DNA from: Octopus sinensis
Taxonomy: Eukaryota
Assembly: GCF_006345805.1 (NCBI RefSeq)
Contig: NC_043002.1
Location: 48,050,001-48,114,000 of the forward strand
DNA: 64,000 nucleotides
Direction: 5' to 3'
A program made the position numbers and the translations under genes. Shown in pieces: positions 39,956 to 53,968 of this stretch (positions are counted from its first letter, which is position 1; every line of letters begins with the position of its first letter). The notes beneath the pieces were generated by a model. The model worked only from the letters and a program-made list of their open reading frames with translations. It was not told the DNA's origin and searched no databases.

Positions 39956-42900
39956 TTTTAAAGTAATTTAAAACAATGACATTAGTAAAATACCCATGGA
40001 TGATTTCTGTGAGAATGGCATTAGACCAAGGGCAAGATATTCGAAAATATTTGTAACTGAGCTTTGCTGATGCTGTTTCTTGTTTGTAAAGTATTTTTCC
40101 TGCTTTAGAGAGCATTTATTTAAATTCAGTCTTGATTCCCATATTAAACTTAAAATCCCAGCTCAAAGCAATCAAGTTTTGACATCTAATTGTTAAAATT
40201 ACATAAAAAAAATTGGGGGTTCTACATTTAATATATCTCGATTTGTAGTCCAGGATTTTGACTGACAAATTATTTACTTCTTTCTGTATAACTAACCTTG
40301 AATCTGTGTATCATTAACTTCTTTTTTTTAGCCAAATAGCGTCACTCTGTGGTCTTGTTAAACAACTGACAATGAAAATTAAACCTGTTTAGATTTCAAA
40401 CTAGATTTTTCTAATTCTTTTTTATGTGCACGACTGGTAAGGTTAGTTGTGACAAAGGTCTATAACTAGTGATAACGTGATGTTGAAAAATCTGGGTCCA
40501 TGTATGCTATTTTATCTTATATTAGTTACCATCATTGACATGAATTTGTCATAACACCTCTAAATCTAGTAACTAAAGGGTGAAACTAAATTAAACTATA
40601 CGTGACAGATCAAATCCCGGGTGAAAAATGAATTGCAGAGACACATTGGATTTAGATGATGATTTGTTATAATTCAGTTTATCGTAGGACCTAACCCTGA
40701 TCTTAATTATTATTGTTAAGCCGTAAATTAGCACCAGGGCATCTGAGAGGAATTTTATCAAGTGACATGAAAAAGTTTCCTTTGGTTCTTTTGCCCTTGT
40801 GTGAATGCTAGTTTTTAATATATGCAAAAACGTTCTGATATCCCAAGTAAATTTGGAACCCGGTTGTGATGTATGTATCGAATCCCATCTCACATGCCCT
40901 GGCATGCATTGATCAAGTAGACTTTATGGCAAAATAGGTCAACTGAAGGATCAGGCACACTCTACAAATCTTCCTGTCGTCGATTAGCTTGCCTTTCTGT
41001 GTCAACTTTTCACAGCCTGAGCGTCATTCCATTTGTGGCTATGGCATTTATTTCACATGTTTGATTTAATTAAGAATTCATAATATTCAATCAGATCTGA
41101 AGGCAAGGGAACAGAGTAGTATAAACGTTCCTCAATATGTAAAATGTTGGGTGGAGGAAGTTACAGAACATGTGAGATGTTGGAAAGATTAGAAAAAGAA
41201 AGGTATGAGAGCAATCAAAGAATGAATCAAGATAAAGGGAACAGTTGTGATTATCTGCTTTAATTATTCTTCACAGATGTGGCAGTGACTTCTGTAAGCA
41301 GGGCTAGGTTACTAATTGGTTCTCCATACAAAATAGAAGTCTCATATGTTTACCATGACAAATTTTCACACATCTTACATGCAGTCTATTTTCTTAATCA
41401 CATTCAGTTAGATCAAAGTGTTCCTATGTGTGATTTGTTCACATCATTGAAAAAATCTTTTAAGAATCGTTTTCTCTTCTTCATGAGTTAGAATAATGTG
41501 CTTTTGTACACTTAACGTAAAGAATGAAATACACAAACAAGTAGTGATATTTTTTTTCTTTAAGCCCCAAACCTATTCTTTATTGATTGCCTTTGGGATA
41601 GTGAGCTGGTAGTCATGAAAGGGACAAAAAAGAATACTTTGTAGTATTTGTTCTGTCACTTAACGTTGAGTTTAAATTGTGCCAAGGTCAGTTCTGTTTT
41701 ACATCATCTGGGGTTGGTAGAAATGGGATCGATGGTATCAACTAAGCACTGCTCCTCAAAACTGCTGGCCTTGTGTTTAAAAGATCAGAAGTTATTATTA
41801 GTAGTAATGACTATAAGAAAAGCATTGGATAGGTAGAATTGTAGGGGAAATGGCTTTGTGATATTTCTTCCAGCTATTCAAGTTCTGAGTTCAAATCCTA
41901 CTGAGGTCAACTCTGCTGGAGTAGATGATACGGCTTATACCCACACCTCAAAATTTCTGGCCTCGTGCCTCTATTAGGAACAATCACTACGATTATGAAT
42001 CTCTCTAAATGGAAATTGAATCGACAACTTCGTTTCATTTCTCGATAAATACATTTCATTCATATCACTTATGTTATTGGAAAAATGCTCACCACTGAAA
42101 AAGTCCCTTTCTATGAAATATTTTAGGTCCCATGCTTATAAAAAAAAAAGGCTAAGTTTCAAATCCTGCACCCTCCATCTATTTTTTCTTCTTGCGGTTT
42201 TCAGATTTTTATTTTGAGCATCAAAAATTCAAAAACTGCAAACATCTTTTTCAATCAAAAGTTTTTATAAAGTGTGTTTTAAGTAAGCGTATTTGTTATA
42301 TGACTGTCTCAGCTATTTTGCGACAATTCAAAATGATTACTACAAGAATGGAAATACTGCACAATTATGAACCAAACGTTGTTGGGTAGCTTTTACGAGT
42401 GAATCGCATTATTGCCGATGACAAGCTGTGTATGTGTGTGAGGAGAGGTATGTGGTCATAAATGTTAATGCAACATTGTCAAAAGTATCTTGACATTATT
42501 TAGAGGCGCTCAAAATATAAAAGGATGGTTTCTTGAATGGGCATTTACATAGGTACCTAAATACCATTGTCTAGAAAGAAGTTATAAATCCTCGAGCCCT
42601 AATTTAGAACAAACAGTGTTTACACTGATGCATAGATCACTTAATTGACCTTAATTCGAGACCGTGCTTATTTAGCTCCCAAAATTCTACTGACGAGAGT
42701 GAATATTTACGTACCAAATGCCGTTGATGAGAATGCAATTGTACCTAATACTAATCAGAAATGGTTAGGATTAGGGAAATTTTTTTACATATAATCAGCA
42801 TTTTCAAAGAGGGTAAGATGGATGCAAGTGATGAGTATCTAATGTTATGGTAAGAGGACACAATTAGTCTAAATCATATAGGGAAAGAAAGAGGAAAAGA

Positions 42901-43009
42901 TATAGCTAAATGTGTAGTAGATTTGAAAACATATGGGATTAAGCCTAATGTAATAATAATAATTGAAAGGGTGTATGATCTGAAATCCCTTATTAGAACT
43001 ATGAAGTAG

Positions 43010-43315
43010 CAACTCATAGTTTAAAAAGTTTGTTTCAAAACCATGTGTTTCTAGGTTCAATCCCGCTGCACAGAACCTTGGGCAAGAGCTTTCTATTATA
43101 GCCTCGAGTTGACCAACGTCTTGTGAGTAAAACTGAGTAGATGGAAACATTGGTGTGATAAATTATTTGTGATATTATGTCCTTAGAGGGGTATAATTGA
43201 ATTGGTAAGCTTAACCATTCTATAAAATGAATACCAGACTTAATATAATTCATAAAACCCCCTTAGAAATGGCATCCCAGTGTGGCTGCGGTTCAATGCA
43301 TGAAACGAGTAAAAG
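43010..43315 (+). mobile_element. tRNA-derived SINE, decayed
   Basis: ccatgtgtttctaggttcaatccc..ccttgggcaag..tatagcctcg..acgagtaaaagcataa. Confidence 0.6.
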
Positions 43316-43669
43316 CATAACAATATGGCTAAGGGGAGCGTGTTCTACATGCTACATCTCACATATGTACAGCAGAATCTCACATATGTAATATAGTGGG
43401 TCGACAATATTCAATCAGTTGAAATTATACTTGCAATTAGAAGAAAAGCTCACTCTAGAGGGTATTTAAAGTTTTAAAACGGCATGTAAAGGAAGCAACT
43501 CCAATACTACCAAGTAATCTAAATTTTTGAAAGATAACAATAGTACTGTTACAAATGGTTTTTACTACTGAAGCAAACTGGTAAAACAGGTGTCGTTTTG
43601 ATGTTGTTAGATCTCATCAAAGACGCATATTCAGCCCAGATGGTAAGACGAGATGATCAGTGTGTGTGC

Positions 43670-43935
43670 GTGTGGTGAAGGTATATGGCTCATGGTTAGG
43701 GTGTTGCACTAACGATCGCAAGATTGTGGTTTTGATTTCCTGACCGGCAGTGCGTTGTGTTCTCGAGCAAAACTCTTCATTTCATGTTGTTTCAGTTCAG
43801 TCAGTTGTGAGTAACAATGCAATGGACTGGTACTCTGTTCGGGGAAAATGTTGGCCTACCAGCCTAGCCAGCAGAATGATATCATTCGAAAGCAGCAACA
43901 ATACGAGGAAAATAATATTCTACAATCAAGTCGAT
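43670..43935 (+). mobile_element. tRNA-derived SINE (family of 15414)
   Basis: gtgaaggtatatggctcatggttagggtgttg..tcgagcaaaactcttcatttcatgttg. Confidence 0.6.
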
Positions 43936-43939
43936 ACAG

Positions 43940-43977
<38 letters not shown>

Positions 43978-46364
43978 CTTCATGGTAAAATGTGACTAAT
44001 TATGAATATCGATAGTGGATCTCAAAGAAATCAGCTCAAGATGGCTCTCTATCCTAAATTCATATTCAGTAGAATTTCACAAATGTAATACAGCAAACTG
44101 AAAAAAATCCAGTGGCTGGGATTCTTCTTGTAATCAGAAAACAAAATCTCGCTTCGTGTTTATAAAGAACGTGCAGTGGCTTCATGCAGGCATGGCATGG
44201 ATTTGATCCTCGATCGCCAAATTTCACATAAGAGTTCAACAGCACTTTTCTCACAGTGAAGCAATAGCTTTTCTGTGACAGCAGCTATATTTACCAGATA
44301 CCTTCGCTAAGCAGAATAATGTCTTTGCCACTTGACCCTTCTAACTGCTTCTAGGCCACCAAAAGTTAGAATTGAAATAACAGACACCACCAACGAAACC
44401 TATTGTCCTCAACAATATGTCTCTCCTGACTGGTTTTGCATGGTTATAAATACTAGAATTTGGTAAGGCAAAATCAATTAGTGAACCAAGACAACTAGTC
44501 ATGGCTATAAGTAGGCAGCCACTAAAGACAAATGGCCAGAGTGAGAAAGAAGGTTACAATCAGCCAACTATGAGGCACAACTTCACTCGACTTCATTAAC
44601 TTTCACTAGCTCAATTTCTTTTCTCTCACAGCATCATTCGATCACTGCCTATAGTTTACTACTAAAATAAGAACGTGTACACACATACAGGCCAAAATTA
44701 ACTTTCTTAACCTTACATACTCTTTCAATTACATCACACCTGCACGTCAAGGCATGGCATTACATTAAGTAACGTTAAATAAATATTTCTTTACAATTTC
44801 GATCACTGTTCTTCTTCCATCTTGCACATCTGGTGTCCACTGATTTCACCTCAACTAAAAACATTACCGTCACAAACGCTTTAAAATCTTATTTAAGACT
44901 AACTATAGATGTACTATCTTAGCTCTTGTAAGAATATGCGATATTATTAGACATACTGAAGTGCTAACGATAGATTCCTGTGGTGTAAAATATCTATCGT
45001 GCTGTGGAAAGGGGATAGTAGATGTGTCTGTGTGAGAGAGAAAGAAAGAAAGAGAGAGAGATTTAAATGAATGCTACAGGTACATATATACATTTACTCA
45101 CATACGAAAGCAATTGGTGCGTGCATGACGATTAGCTGTATGTGAGAAAGTAGGGTTGGATATGTGTACATATCCCCACGCCATTAACGTTCGTATGTGT
45201 ATGAATGTGAGTATGTGTGAACATAGATAAGGAGTTTTCCCAACTATCTATTATTTTAATAACTGTGTTCTTAACTCGCTTGCTAAAAGATGTGTAATGG
45301 TATCTATTGGTCACGGGTGTTATCAACTATGTAATATCAAGCGCTTCTTAAATTATTTTATTATCGAAACGGAATTTGATGTGTTATGTCGGACAATGAT
45401 CATAGAACACGACAGCAAGAATTCGATCGAGAGAGGCGGAGAACGTATAGGGTAATATTAAGAAAAGAGTAAGGAGGAGAAATAAGAATTAGGGATAAAG
45501 AGACATGAAACATTAATTCAGGAGAACATGAATAAAATTAAGGCACGAAACGGAGCTAGAAGGTGTCGTATGACGAACAACAAAACTGAAGCTATAAGGA
45601 AATAAAACGAGAATTGTTAATCAAGTAAGACGGTAGAGTATAAACGATAATGAAAGGCAAGAATATTTTGCGTCAGGCAAAATGAGGAATCAAGCTTGAA
45701 AAAAAAACATGACCGAATCTGATTTATCTTTACAGAAATTAATCAAAGAATTATGGGAGAAATGACAGTGGGGAGATGTTTATGGCTGATATTGTACTAC
45801 AAAACGGGCCGTAGAATTTCTATGGGTACCGCTATTAATATATCATTGCGTATAAATATGATACTATAGGATTGACATGTGATATCTCCTGGGCCAAACA
45901 TACGAGAATTAATAATTCTCTCCGAGTCGCACTATGTGCAATCAAACTTCATAGAATAAAGGTGTTATTTTCCAACTGAAATATAATGAAGTAGCTGCAT
46001 ATGAGACTTGTTAATCGCCTCTTTTAACAACATCAGAAGCGATGACAAATTATATCAACCTTAAGAGACTGAACTGTGTATTAAACTGATGTTGTCTGTC
46101 GCAAACATGTGAGAAGAAATAAAGGCGATTCTTATCGGGTGTCAAATAAATAATTGAATAACTTCAAATAAATTTTTTTTTAAATTCCGAAGTGTTGGAT
46201 TTGTCAATGTTAATTAGCAAAATGCGCGTACGTAGAACCATAAGCACACGCAAATTTCTACTCCAATATCATATATTATCTCTAAGAGTTGGATTTATGG
46301 AAGCGTGAATCACTGTGAAGTAGAATTAACTTCTAACTCTCAAGAGAGAATTACTACATGGCTG

Positions 46365-46545
46365 CTCAGTATGCTAGAAATAGAAGCCAAATGTTTAAAT
46401 CATGTCGTGCCGTCCTGAAAAAAGAAATGACTCATTGGGGAATGTAATTGTAGATATACTATGCCTGAAAACAAGACAGTTTGATGACAGCTGGAATGTA
46501 CTTCTCCCTAGGTCTACTCGACCAGCGTTGATTTGAACTAAACAA
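46365..46545 (+). repeat. Dispersed (CAA)n-tailed repeat copy
   Basis: tacatggctgctcagtatgctagaaatagaagccaaa...ggtctactcgaccag..ctaaacaacaa. Confidence 0.5.
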
Positions 46546-47789
46546 CAAAAATGAGATGACTGTGTGGACACACAACGAAGTTGCCATAGTGCTCTGGTTC
46601 CCCCCACTTATTTTGCTGTGGAAAAACCTATACGATTTTCTATCAATTAATGCTATTGACATCAAACGTTGCCACATTTGTGATGAACAGTTATTAACAA
46701 CCAAACAAAAAAGAAAATACTTAAAGTCAATATTGTTGATGTTTTAACGAGAATGCCTCCATACTATAAAAGAAATATTCCAACTGAGTCAGGTCTTTAG
46801 ATAGCTTTCAGTTTGTTTTTCTTCTAGAGATTTCCGTAACTACAGAACATAGTTTTAACTGCAATTCCTTTGGCAGTGTTTCCAGTTATTGAAGTTAAGT
46901 TTTACATCATTCCTGAAATTATCAACCAATAAGCATAGGCTTCACCGTTTCAGATTAAGAGATATATAAGTTCTATGTTACGAAGTTTGTTTTTCCACAT
47001 CCGAATAATTGAAATGCATATACTTCGGAACAGTATTAAAATATATAAATAAATGAAATAAGAAGGGGAAAAAAAGAAAACGATTCACTGGCAACATAAA
47101 GAAGTTAGTCAAATTATAGGTCCACCATTATTAGATTTTGTAAAAGTAACTTAAGATTAGTTTATGTATATCTTTGCTTAACCCAATATCAATCGTGCAA
47201 TCAAGCTTTTCAGCTGACTCTTCCCTCTTCTTGTATAACATGGGAATCCATCGTCAAGTGCGTCATTCTTTTCTTCTAGGACACTAGGATCTGACTTGAA
47301 GGAGAGTCTATTTCCAGCAGATCGAGAGCATATAAGGTTTCTTCGTAAGCTCGCTTCCTCTATGTAGTTTGTAATTATGATCCACCACAATCAAGATAAG
47401 TCGAACTAATTAAAGAAGTATATACAACTTCAGTGTATTCTTGATCAGTTCTTCAATAATTGATGTAACTTCGCTTTTACCAATAAAAATTTCGTAACTA
47501 ATTTTAGACCGCTAAAAGTACCAACACATGCACGCAGAGTGATTTGTTGATTGTTTGCCTTATGAATATATTTGAAATTGTGCAACACTTCAGTCACTTT
47601 TGATTAATCTTATGAAACATACGTAGAAAGCTAGGAATTTGAGGAAGGGTGTGACCTTAGTACTTGACTGGAACTTTATTTTATCGATCCTGGAGCCAAA
47701 GTAGTCTTCGACAATATTTGAAACCAGAAATGTAACGAAAGCTGCAAAGCAACTTTCCGACGCTCTTACGATTCTGATAATGTCACCAA

Positions 47790-47945
47790 CTATCCCTGTT
47801 CATTGCTATCGAGGCGGAGATGGCTGTCCGCAAGTGCGAGCCCTGTGTGTCAGAGTGGCTGTTCCAGCGCATCTTCCTCACACTCCTTCGGAGCAACGCT
47901 TTTTCCATTTTGTCTACTGGTGCCATGAGAAATGTTATTCATTGA
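47790..47945 (+). mobile_element. CRE-like non-LTR retrotransposon, extreme C-terminus
   Basis: Unlisted frame: EAEMAVRKCEPCVSEWLFQRIFLTLLRSNAFSILSTGAMRNVIH*, resembling the (W/F)LFQRISxAxxRGNAxSIL end of restriction-like-endonuclease CRE elements. Confidence 0.55.
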
Positions 47946-48439
47946 CTTTATCAAAGAGTTTAATGACGCTTACTTAACTGCGCATAAAACCATTTTACAG
48001 ATAAAAGCCAGTCTGGTTTTTACGTCTTACTTTTTTTTTTTATTATATTTTTCACCATTTCAGTCTCTGGTAAATACATTAAGACTTCGTATTCATCGGT
48101 AGCTGAGCTGATCGTCGAAACACCAATATATCTTGCAAATTCTTAATTCATCAGAAATCTAGTTTTGTAAACTCCCAAACAATTAACGATTCCATCGTTA
48201 GCCCATTTTCTTTGACCGACCTTTGAGTACATTATAGATGGCTTATTAGGTACCTACTAGTAGTTGAGCTAAATCCAACGGCAGGAACTTACACAGCTCA
48301 CTTCGGCTACAGAATCCAATGACTACTACAATTCGCTATAAATAATGACAAACATCTCTTCCACGGACTCATACTACCTGACTCACTCGGTGTAAATATT
48401 TTTTTCAGTCGTAGTCACAACATTTTTCTAAGTGGTTTC

Positions 48440-48846
48440 GGATTTTTCGGTTTGACCGGCAGTTTTTTAAAATAATTTCCACGTAACTAAACACTTTTAA
48501 ACTTCGTATACTGGTAGAATGTGTTAATAGAACATCTTTTTCTCTTGGCTTTATTGAGAAAATTCTATTGTTTGTAAGATATTTGTTTTTTTCTTCAATT
48601 TCTGCAATTTCAACCAATCAATGACGTCTATTGAGGTGAAAACATTCTGTGCCGTATGAATATGTCTCTCGTTTAAGAAACAGATTGGGTTTATTTACAT
48701 TTCTGAAGAAAAAAAAGATACCTTTCCCCCCACCCCTAACTCTAAAACAGATTGAAATGCAATAGATCGATACTAGGGTCATAATTATGGGTGACAATTT
48801 CATACGACATCGCTAGAAAAAACTGCCGTTCAAACCGAAAATATCC
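48440..48846. mobile_element. MITE, short-TIR member of the 53247 family
   Basis: TIRs ggatttttcggtttgaccggcagtttt / aaaactgccgttcaaaccgaaaatatcc; left part homologous to the 53251 arm. Confidence 0.7.
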
Positions 48847-49224
48847 GGTTAATGTTTAGATCTTGACCCGGAAATGAAATTCCCCACCACTAAAAAAAAA
48901 AAAAAAAAATACTGGAATGGGTGTAAGACAATGTGTAGGAAATGAATATGAAAAAAAAGGAAAGAAATGCGCGCAAAGCAACGGGAGGGTGGGGAGAGGA
49001 CTTCGGAAAATTCACAAAATCCGAGTTTTTCCATCATAACTTTTAGGAAGATGGGGGTTCTTTCAATGAAATTTTATAGAAATACCTTTCAAACGACATA
49101 CATTACAATTATAAAGTAATTTGTGGGGAAAATCTTTTCCAAAGGGTGGATAGAGGACTTCGGAAAATTCACAAGATCCAAGTTTTTCCCTCATAGCTGT
49201 ATGTGTGTGTGTGAGTAATATATA

Positions 49225-49280
<56 letters not shown>

Positions 49281-49281
<1 letters not shown>

Positions 49282-49652
49282 TAGCAGTATCGCCCGGCGT
49301 TGCTCAGGTTTGTAAGGGAAATAACTATAAAGCATTTTTAGAGAGTTATAGCCAAAAAATAGCAAAAAAATGATGGTAAATTTTTTTTGAGTTAAAAAAG
49401 GTTGAGTTGCGTCCCCTAGACAGTCTGTGGTTTGTGTTTCTGATTCTCGACCCCATGTCGATTTTATCGATTTTTTTCAGAACTGGGGGAACTTTTCAAA
49501 ATTTTCGCTGCGTTAGTTTTGAATTATGACATTGGGCTATGTGTGTGTCAAGTTTCATCAGAATCGGTTGAAAGCCGTGGTCAGGGTGAGGGTACAAGCA
49601 AACAGACACACAGAAACACGCACAGACAAACTGCCGTTTATATATAGAGAGA
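49281..49652 (-). mobile_element. Non-autonomous Helitron (372 bp)
   Basis: 5' A|TCTCTCTATATATAAACGGCAG; 3' gagcaacgccgggcgatactgCTAG|T; in a (TA)n tract; no TSD. Confidence 0.8.
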
Positions 49653-49699
49653 TATATATATATATATATGTGTATATATGTATATATATATGTGTGTGT

Positions 49700-49745
49700 G
49701 TATATATATTATGCATGCATAAAAGTATATATATATGCATGTATA

Positions 49746-49789
<44 letters not shown>

Positions 49790-49950
49790 TGTATATAAGT
49801 ATATATATATGCATGCATAAAAGTATATATATATGCATGCATAAAAGTATATATATATGCATGCATAAAAGTATATATATATGCATGTATATAAGTATAT
49901 ATATATATGCATGCATAAATGTATATATATATATATATGCATGTATATAA
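49700..49950. repeat. ~26-bp minisatellite (atgcatgcataaaagtatatatatat)n, continuing at 50770-50915
   Basis: The same unit occurs on both sides of the 49954 Helitron. Confidence 0.8.
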
Positions 49951-49953
49951 GTA

Positions 49954-50736
49954 CTAGCAGCATAGCCCGGCGTTGCCCGGGTATGTAAGAGCCCCTAGTA
50001 GGCAACAACTAATCCTAATCTAGTCCTTTCCCTCTAGGGAACAAAGGCGCATGTGTAGGTTGCAATGTCTTCTCTTCACTCCTAAATAACTATCAAACAA
50101 CTATCGATAATTCAACCCAACCAATTCCTACCAAGAAGAAATTACATTCGAGACTTTACCCCCAACACCATCACTTCTGCTAATAGCTGCTGTAGCCGCA
50201 AGTTATTCGAATACTTTTTTTGTTTACACTTTCTTTATAACTACCACCCCAAACGTTTTACCTTAAATTTTTGACGTACCCTAAGGGTCCTCGGACGCTG
50301 CTTGCAAATTCTTGGTTTATTATAAACCGCTTTTGTCGTGTGCATCAAAAAACCTTTTCCATTCGTTTGTTCAGTTTGGTCACTTTTGACTTTTTCGTTG
50401 TTGTCACTCATATTGCTGCCCGCTTTTTTGCCGTTTTTGTACATTTTTATACACTTTGGGATACTTACCCCACGTGTTCCGAGAGTTAAAAAGGTCGAGT
50501 TGCGTCCCCTAGAGAGTCTGTAGAAAATGTGTTGCATATAAAAAGCTTAGATTCTCGACCCATGTCGAATTTATCGATTTTTTTTTCAGAACTGGGGGAA
50601 CTTTTTAAAATTTTCGCTGCGTTAGTTTTGAATTATGACATTGAGCTACGTGTGTGTCAAGTTTCATCAGAATCGGTTGAAAGCCGTGGTCAGGGTGAGG
50701 GTACAACCTGACAGACACACAGACAGACACACTGCC

Positions 50737-50745
<9 letters not shown>
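49954..50745 (-). mobile_element. Non-autonomous Helitron (~800 bp) sharing its 5' ~250 bp with the 49281 copy
   Basis: 3' cccgggcaacgccgggctatgctgCTAG|T hairpin; 5' tataaacggcagtgtgtctgtctg. Confidence 0.8.
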
Positions 50746-50777
<32 letters not shown>

Positions 50778-53246
50778 TGCATAAAAGTATATATATATGC
50801 ATGCATAAAAGTATATATATATGCATGTATATAAGTATATATATATATGTGCATGCATAAAAGTATGTATATATATATATATATATGCATGCATAAAAGT
50901 ATATATATATGCATATATATATATATATAGGTGAGAAAGTTGGTGTGTGAAAGCACGTGGTTGAATATATAGAAAATAGTAAAAAGTGAAAAAACTACAG
51001 AAGGCTTGTTTTAAAAGGTTAAAAAATATATATTTGAGTCATTATGTCAGAAGAATATTATAAATTTTTTTCATACAATGACATCGTTTTTGAAGAAATG
51101 ACCGGTTTCGCGTTAAGCTTTTCAAATTTCTTACATCGTTATGTTTTCGTTGAGAAGTGTAAATATATATATACATATACATAGATAGATAACTAGAGAG
51201 AGAGAAAGTAATAACGAGTAAATGAGAATAACGACGAAGGGTTAAAAAAGCGTAAAAATAATTGAAAATGAAATAAAATTGAAGCCAAAACATTAAAATA
51301 TTATTGAAAGCGGGTAGAAAGAAACATTACGTAGTGTAGTAGTACTACGCTAGAGTATTTGTAGAAGGTTGAATGTGATTTCGGAACATAACGAGGAAAA
51401 ATTCGAATCTTAGAAATTTTCCGAAAGTCCTTTCCCCACCTCAAGATTTTCCCCACAAATTACTTTATAGTCATAATGTATGCCGTTTCAAAGGTATTTA
51501 TATAAATTTCATTGAAAAAACCCAATTTTCCTAAAAGCTATGAGGGAAAAACTCGAATTTTGTGAATTTTCCGAAGTTCTCACCCCACCTCCTTGGAAAA
51601 TATTTTCCCAATAAATTTCTTCATAACCGTAATGTATGAAAGGTATTTCTATAAAATTTCATTGCAAAAAACCAATCTAATATTATATCGTTACGTAAGA
51701 ATGAGCAAAGACGTAAATCCCACTTGAAAGAATGAAAGTAAAATAACTGATGGGTCAGACGGTGCTGAGGTTTTAATATAAACCATTTACTGTAATGTAA
51801 TTCGAAATAACAATAAATATATACATTCAGTTTGTTGAATGGTAATAAACATTCAGCTTATTGAACTATACTTCGAAAAATATATCAAGCGTGCACTGTA
51901 CTATTAAAAAACAAAAAAGTAATTATGAACAACCACCAGATAAATATTAGGATTAGATTAGTATGAAAGAGAAAAGAAATTATTTTCGATTCTTTAAGTT
52001 AATAAAATATTCCTGTATTATAATTTATCAATTTGTTGACTGGGTTATTTAACTTATTAGGGTATTTTATTATTATCATTATTTTTGCTATCTTTGTACT
52101 TCTTATCAAAGTTATATGCCGGAATTGCTCATTAATCTTCATTCAAAATGAAAATAAAACTCACTCAAACCAATAATTTATTTGCTCACATGCTCTGATT
52201 TGAAAACATTAAAAACACAAAATAGAAATGACGAATTATATTGTAATTACTACTAACTAAATCATTAAGTTTACTATTATCTTTTTTTTAAAACAGTTAT
52301 TTCATTTTTATTTTTCAAATAAACACGGAAACGTATCATTAGAGTATCAAGTTATGGATGATTGACGATATTGAATATGCAAAAGAAAAATATAAAGTTA
52401 ACGTCAGCTTTAATTGGTAGGCTGGAAATTGAAAACATCGCTGGAAGTATAACAAAATAATAATGGAAATAAATAAAGACCAAAAGAAGTCGATGGTGAA
52501 ATAAACTGTTTTTAAAATGTTGCTACAAAAATAGATATTTTCAAGTCATATATATGTAGTCTAATAGAAACGTGTATTTAAAATTAAAAAGGAAGTTATA
52601 TATATATACATACATACAAAATTTAGAAACCTGTACGATCCCTCCCAGTCAGCAGAATTTTTTTTACGCCCACCATTAAAAACCCTGACAAGTCTTTTTC
52701 ATAATCTAGTACTATGCTTACTCTGAAATTAGTTATTAACATCCAGACATACCATACATAACCCAATCTAGCCCTTGTCTTATTAAGCCAACGGTGGTAG
52801 GCAGAGTTAAACTTGATTGCACTGTAATCATTGCAAAAAGGAAATTAACCTGTTTTTCTGTATCTTATTTAAATGCAGTTATTTGAAGTTTGGAATTAAC
52901 TGGTAGTTTTGGCAATTAGACGGAATAACCTACCGAAAATGGATAGAAAATTTCACGTTAACTGATTTTTGTTTTCAACCAAACAGGATTGGCCTCCCAG
53001 ATTTCTCTCTTTTTTTTATTAAGTTAAACGGGTTTGATACCAATCAATAAATCAAATTTAGAAAATAGAACTGAATTTTTCTTCACAGAAACGGGATGTA
53101 TGATTTTAATATTCTCAGTTACAATGGTACACTATATCTAGTGATGCACAACCCTCTTTCCAATGCGGCCCACATTTTTTTTTAACGTTTGTTAACCCTA
53201 GAAATCAAGAAAGCAAAACCCACAATCAATGTTTAACACACAAATA

Positions 53247-53968
53247 AGATCTTTTCCTTTTGAACGGCAGTTTTCAACACAATTTCTAGTTAACTAAATA
53301 CTTTTAAACTTCGTATACTGGTAGAATGTGTCAAAATAAAACATTTTTTCCTCTTGGCTTTCTTGAGAAAATTGCAACTTGTAAGTTTAACGTAGTTTAA
53401 TTTTCCGAATTTTAACCAATCCTATGCCCTCTATTGAACTAAAATCATTTGCTGCGTCTAAAACAGACAACATCCTGTCACTAACCCTAACCCTAAATTT
53501 TAGCCTTTCGTTTTTTTTTCTTAATTGTTAAGGATAACAATGAAGAAAAAAAAAAACGAAAGCAATGGAAAATAATTTTAATTTAACAATTAAGAAAAAA
53601 AAACGAAAGGCTAAAACGAAAGCAAAAACTCAAAACAAAAACAAAACGAATAATTTTAGACACACGCGTAACAATTAAATTAATTTAACAATTAAGAAAA
53701 AAAACGAAAGGCTAAAATTTAGGGTTAGGGTTAGTGACAGGATGTTGTCTGTTTTAGACGCAGCAAATGATTTTAGCTCAATAGAGGGCATAGGATTGGT
53801 TAAAATTCGAAAAATTAAACTACGTTAAACTTACAAATTACAATTTTCTCAAGAAAGCCAAGAGAAAAAATGTTATATTTTGACACATTCTACCAGTATA
53901 CGAAGTTTAAAAGTGTTTAGTTAACTAGAAATTGTGTTGAAAACTGCCGTTCAAAAGGAAAAGCTCCC
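53247..53968. mobile_element. Foldback-type MITE, ~280-bp TIRs, with (TTAGGG)2 at the inner arm ends
   Basis: 53251-53531 is a near-perfect reverse complement of 53685-53963; possible 7-bp TSD acaaata (53240, 53969). Confidence 0.8.

Larger units (their letters stand above)
48995..51670. mobile_element. Inverted arms made of ~155-bp subrepeats (48995-49200 forward; 51410-51670 reverse) enclosing two Helitrons
   Basis: ggacttcggaaaattcac..gagtttttccc..caatgaaattttatagaaatacctttc repeated on the left and as the reverse complement on the right. Confidence 0.55.

Noticed and set aside
46395-46607. Exon-like VQINAGRVDLGRSTFQL on the minus strand
   Set aside because: Reverse complement of the (CAA)n-tailed dispersed repeat.
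47281-47340. Plus-strand mini-exon TLGSDLKESLFPADREHIRFL with ag/gtaagc borders
   Set aside because: Isolated, with no partner exons or homology, in an apparently intergenic domain.
53481-53740. TTAGGG repeats as interstitial telomere
   Set aside because: Only two to three units, and an integral part of the MITE arms.
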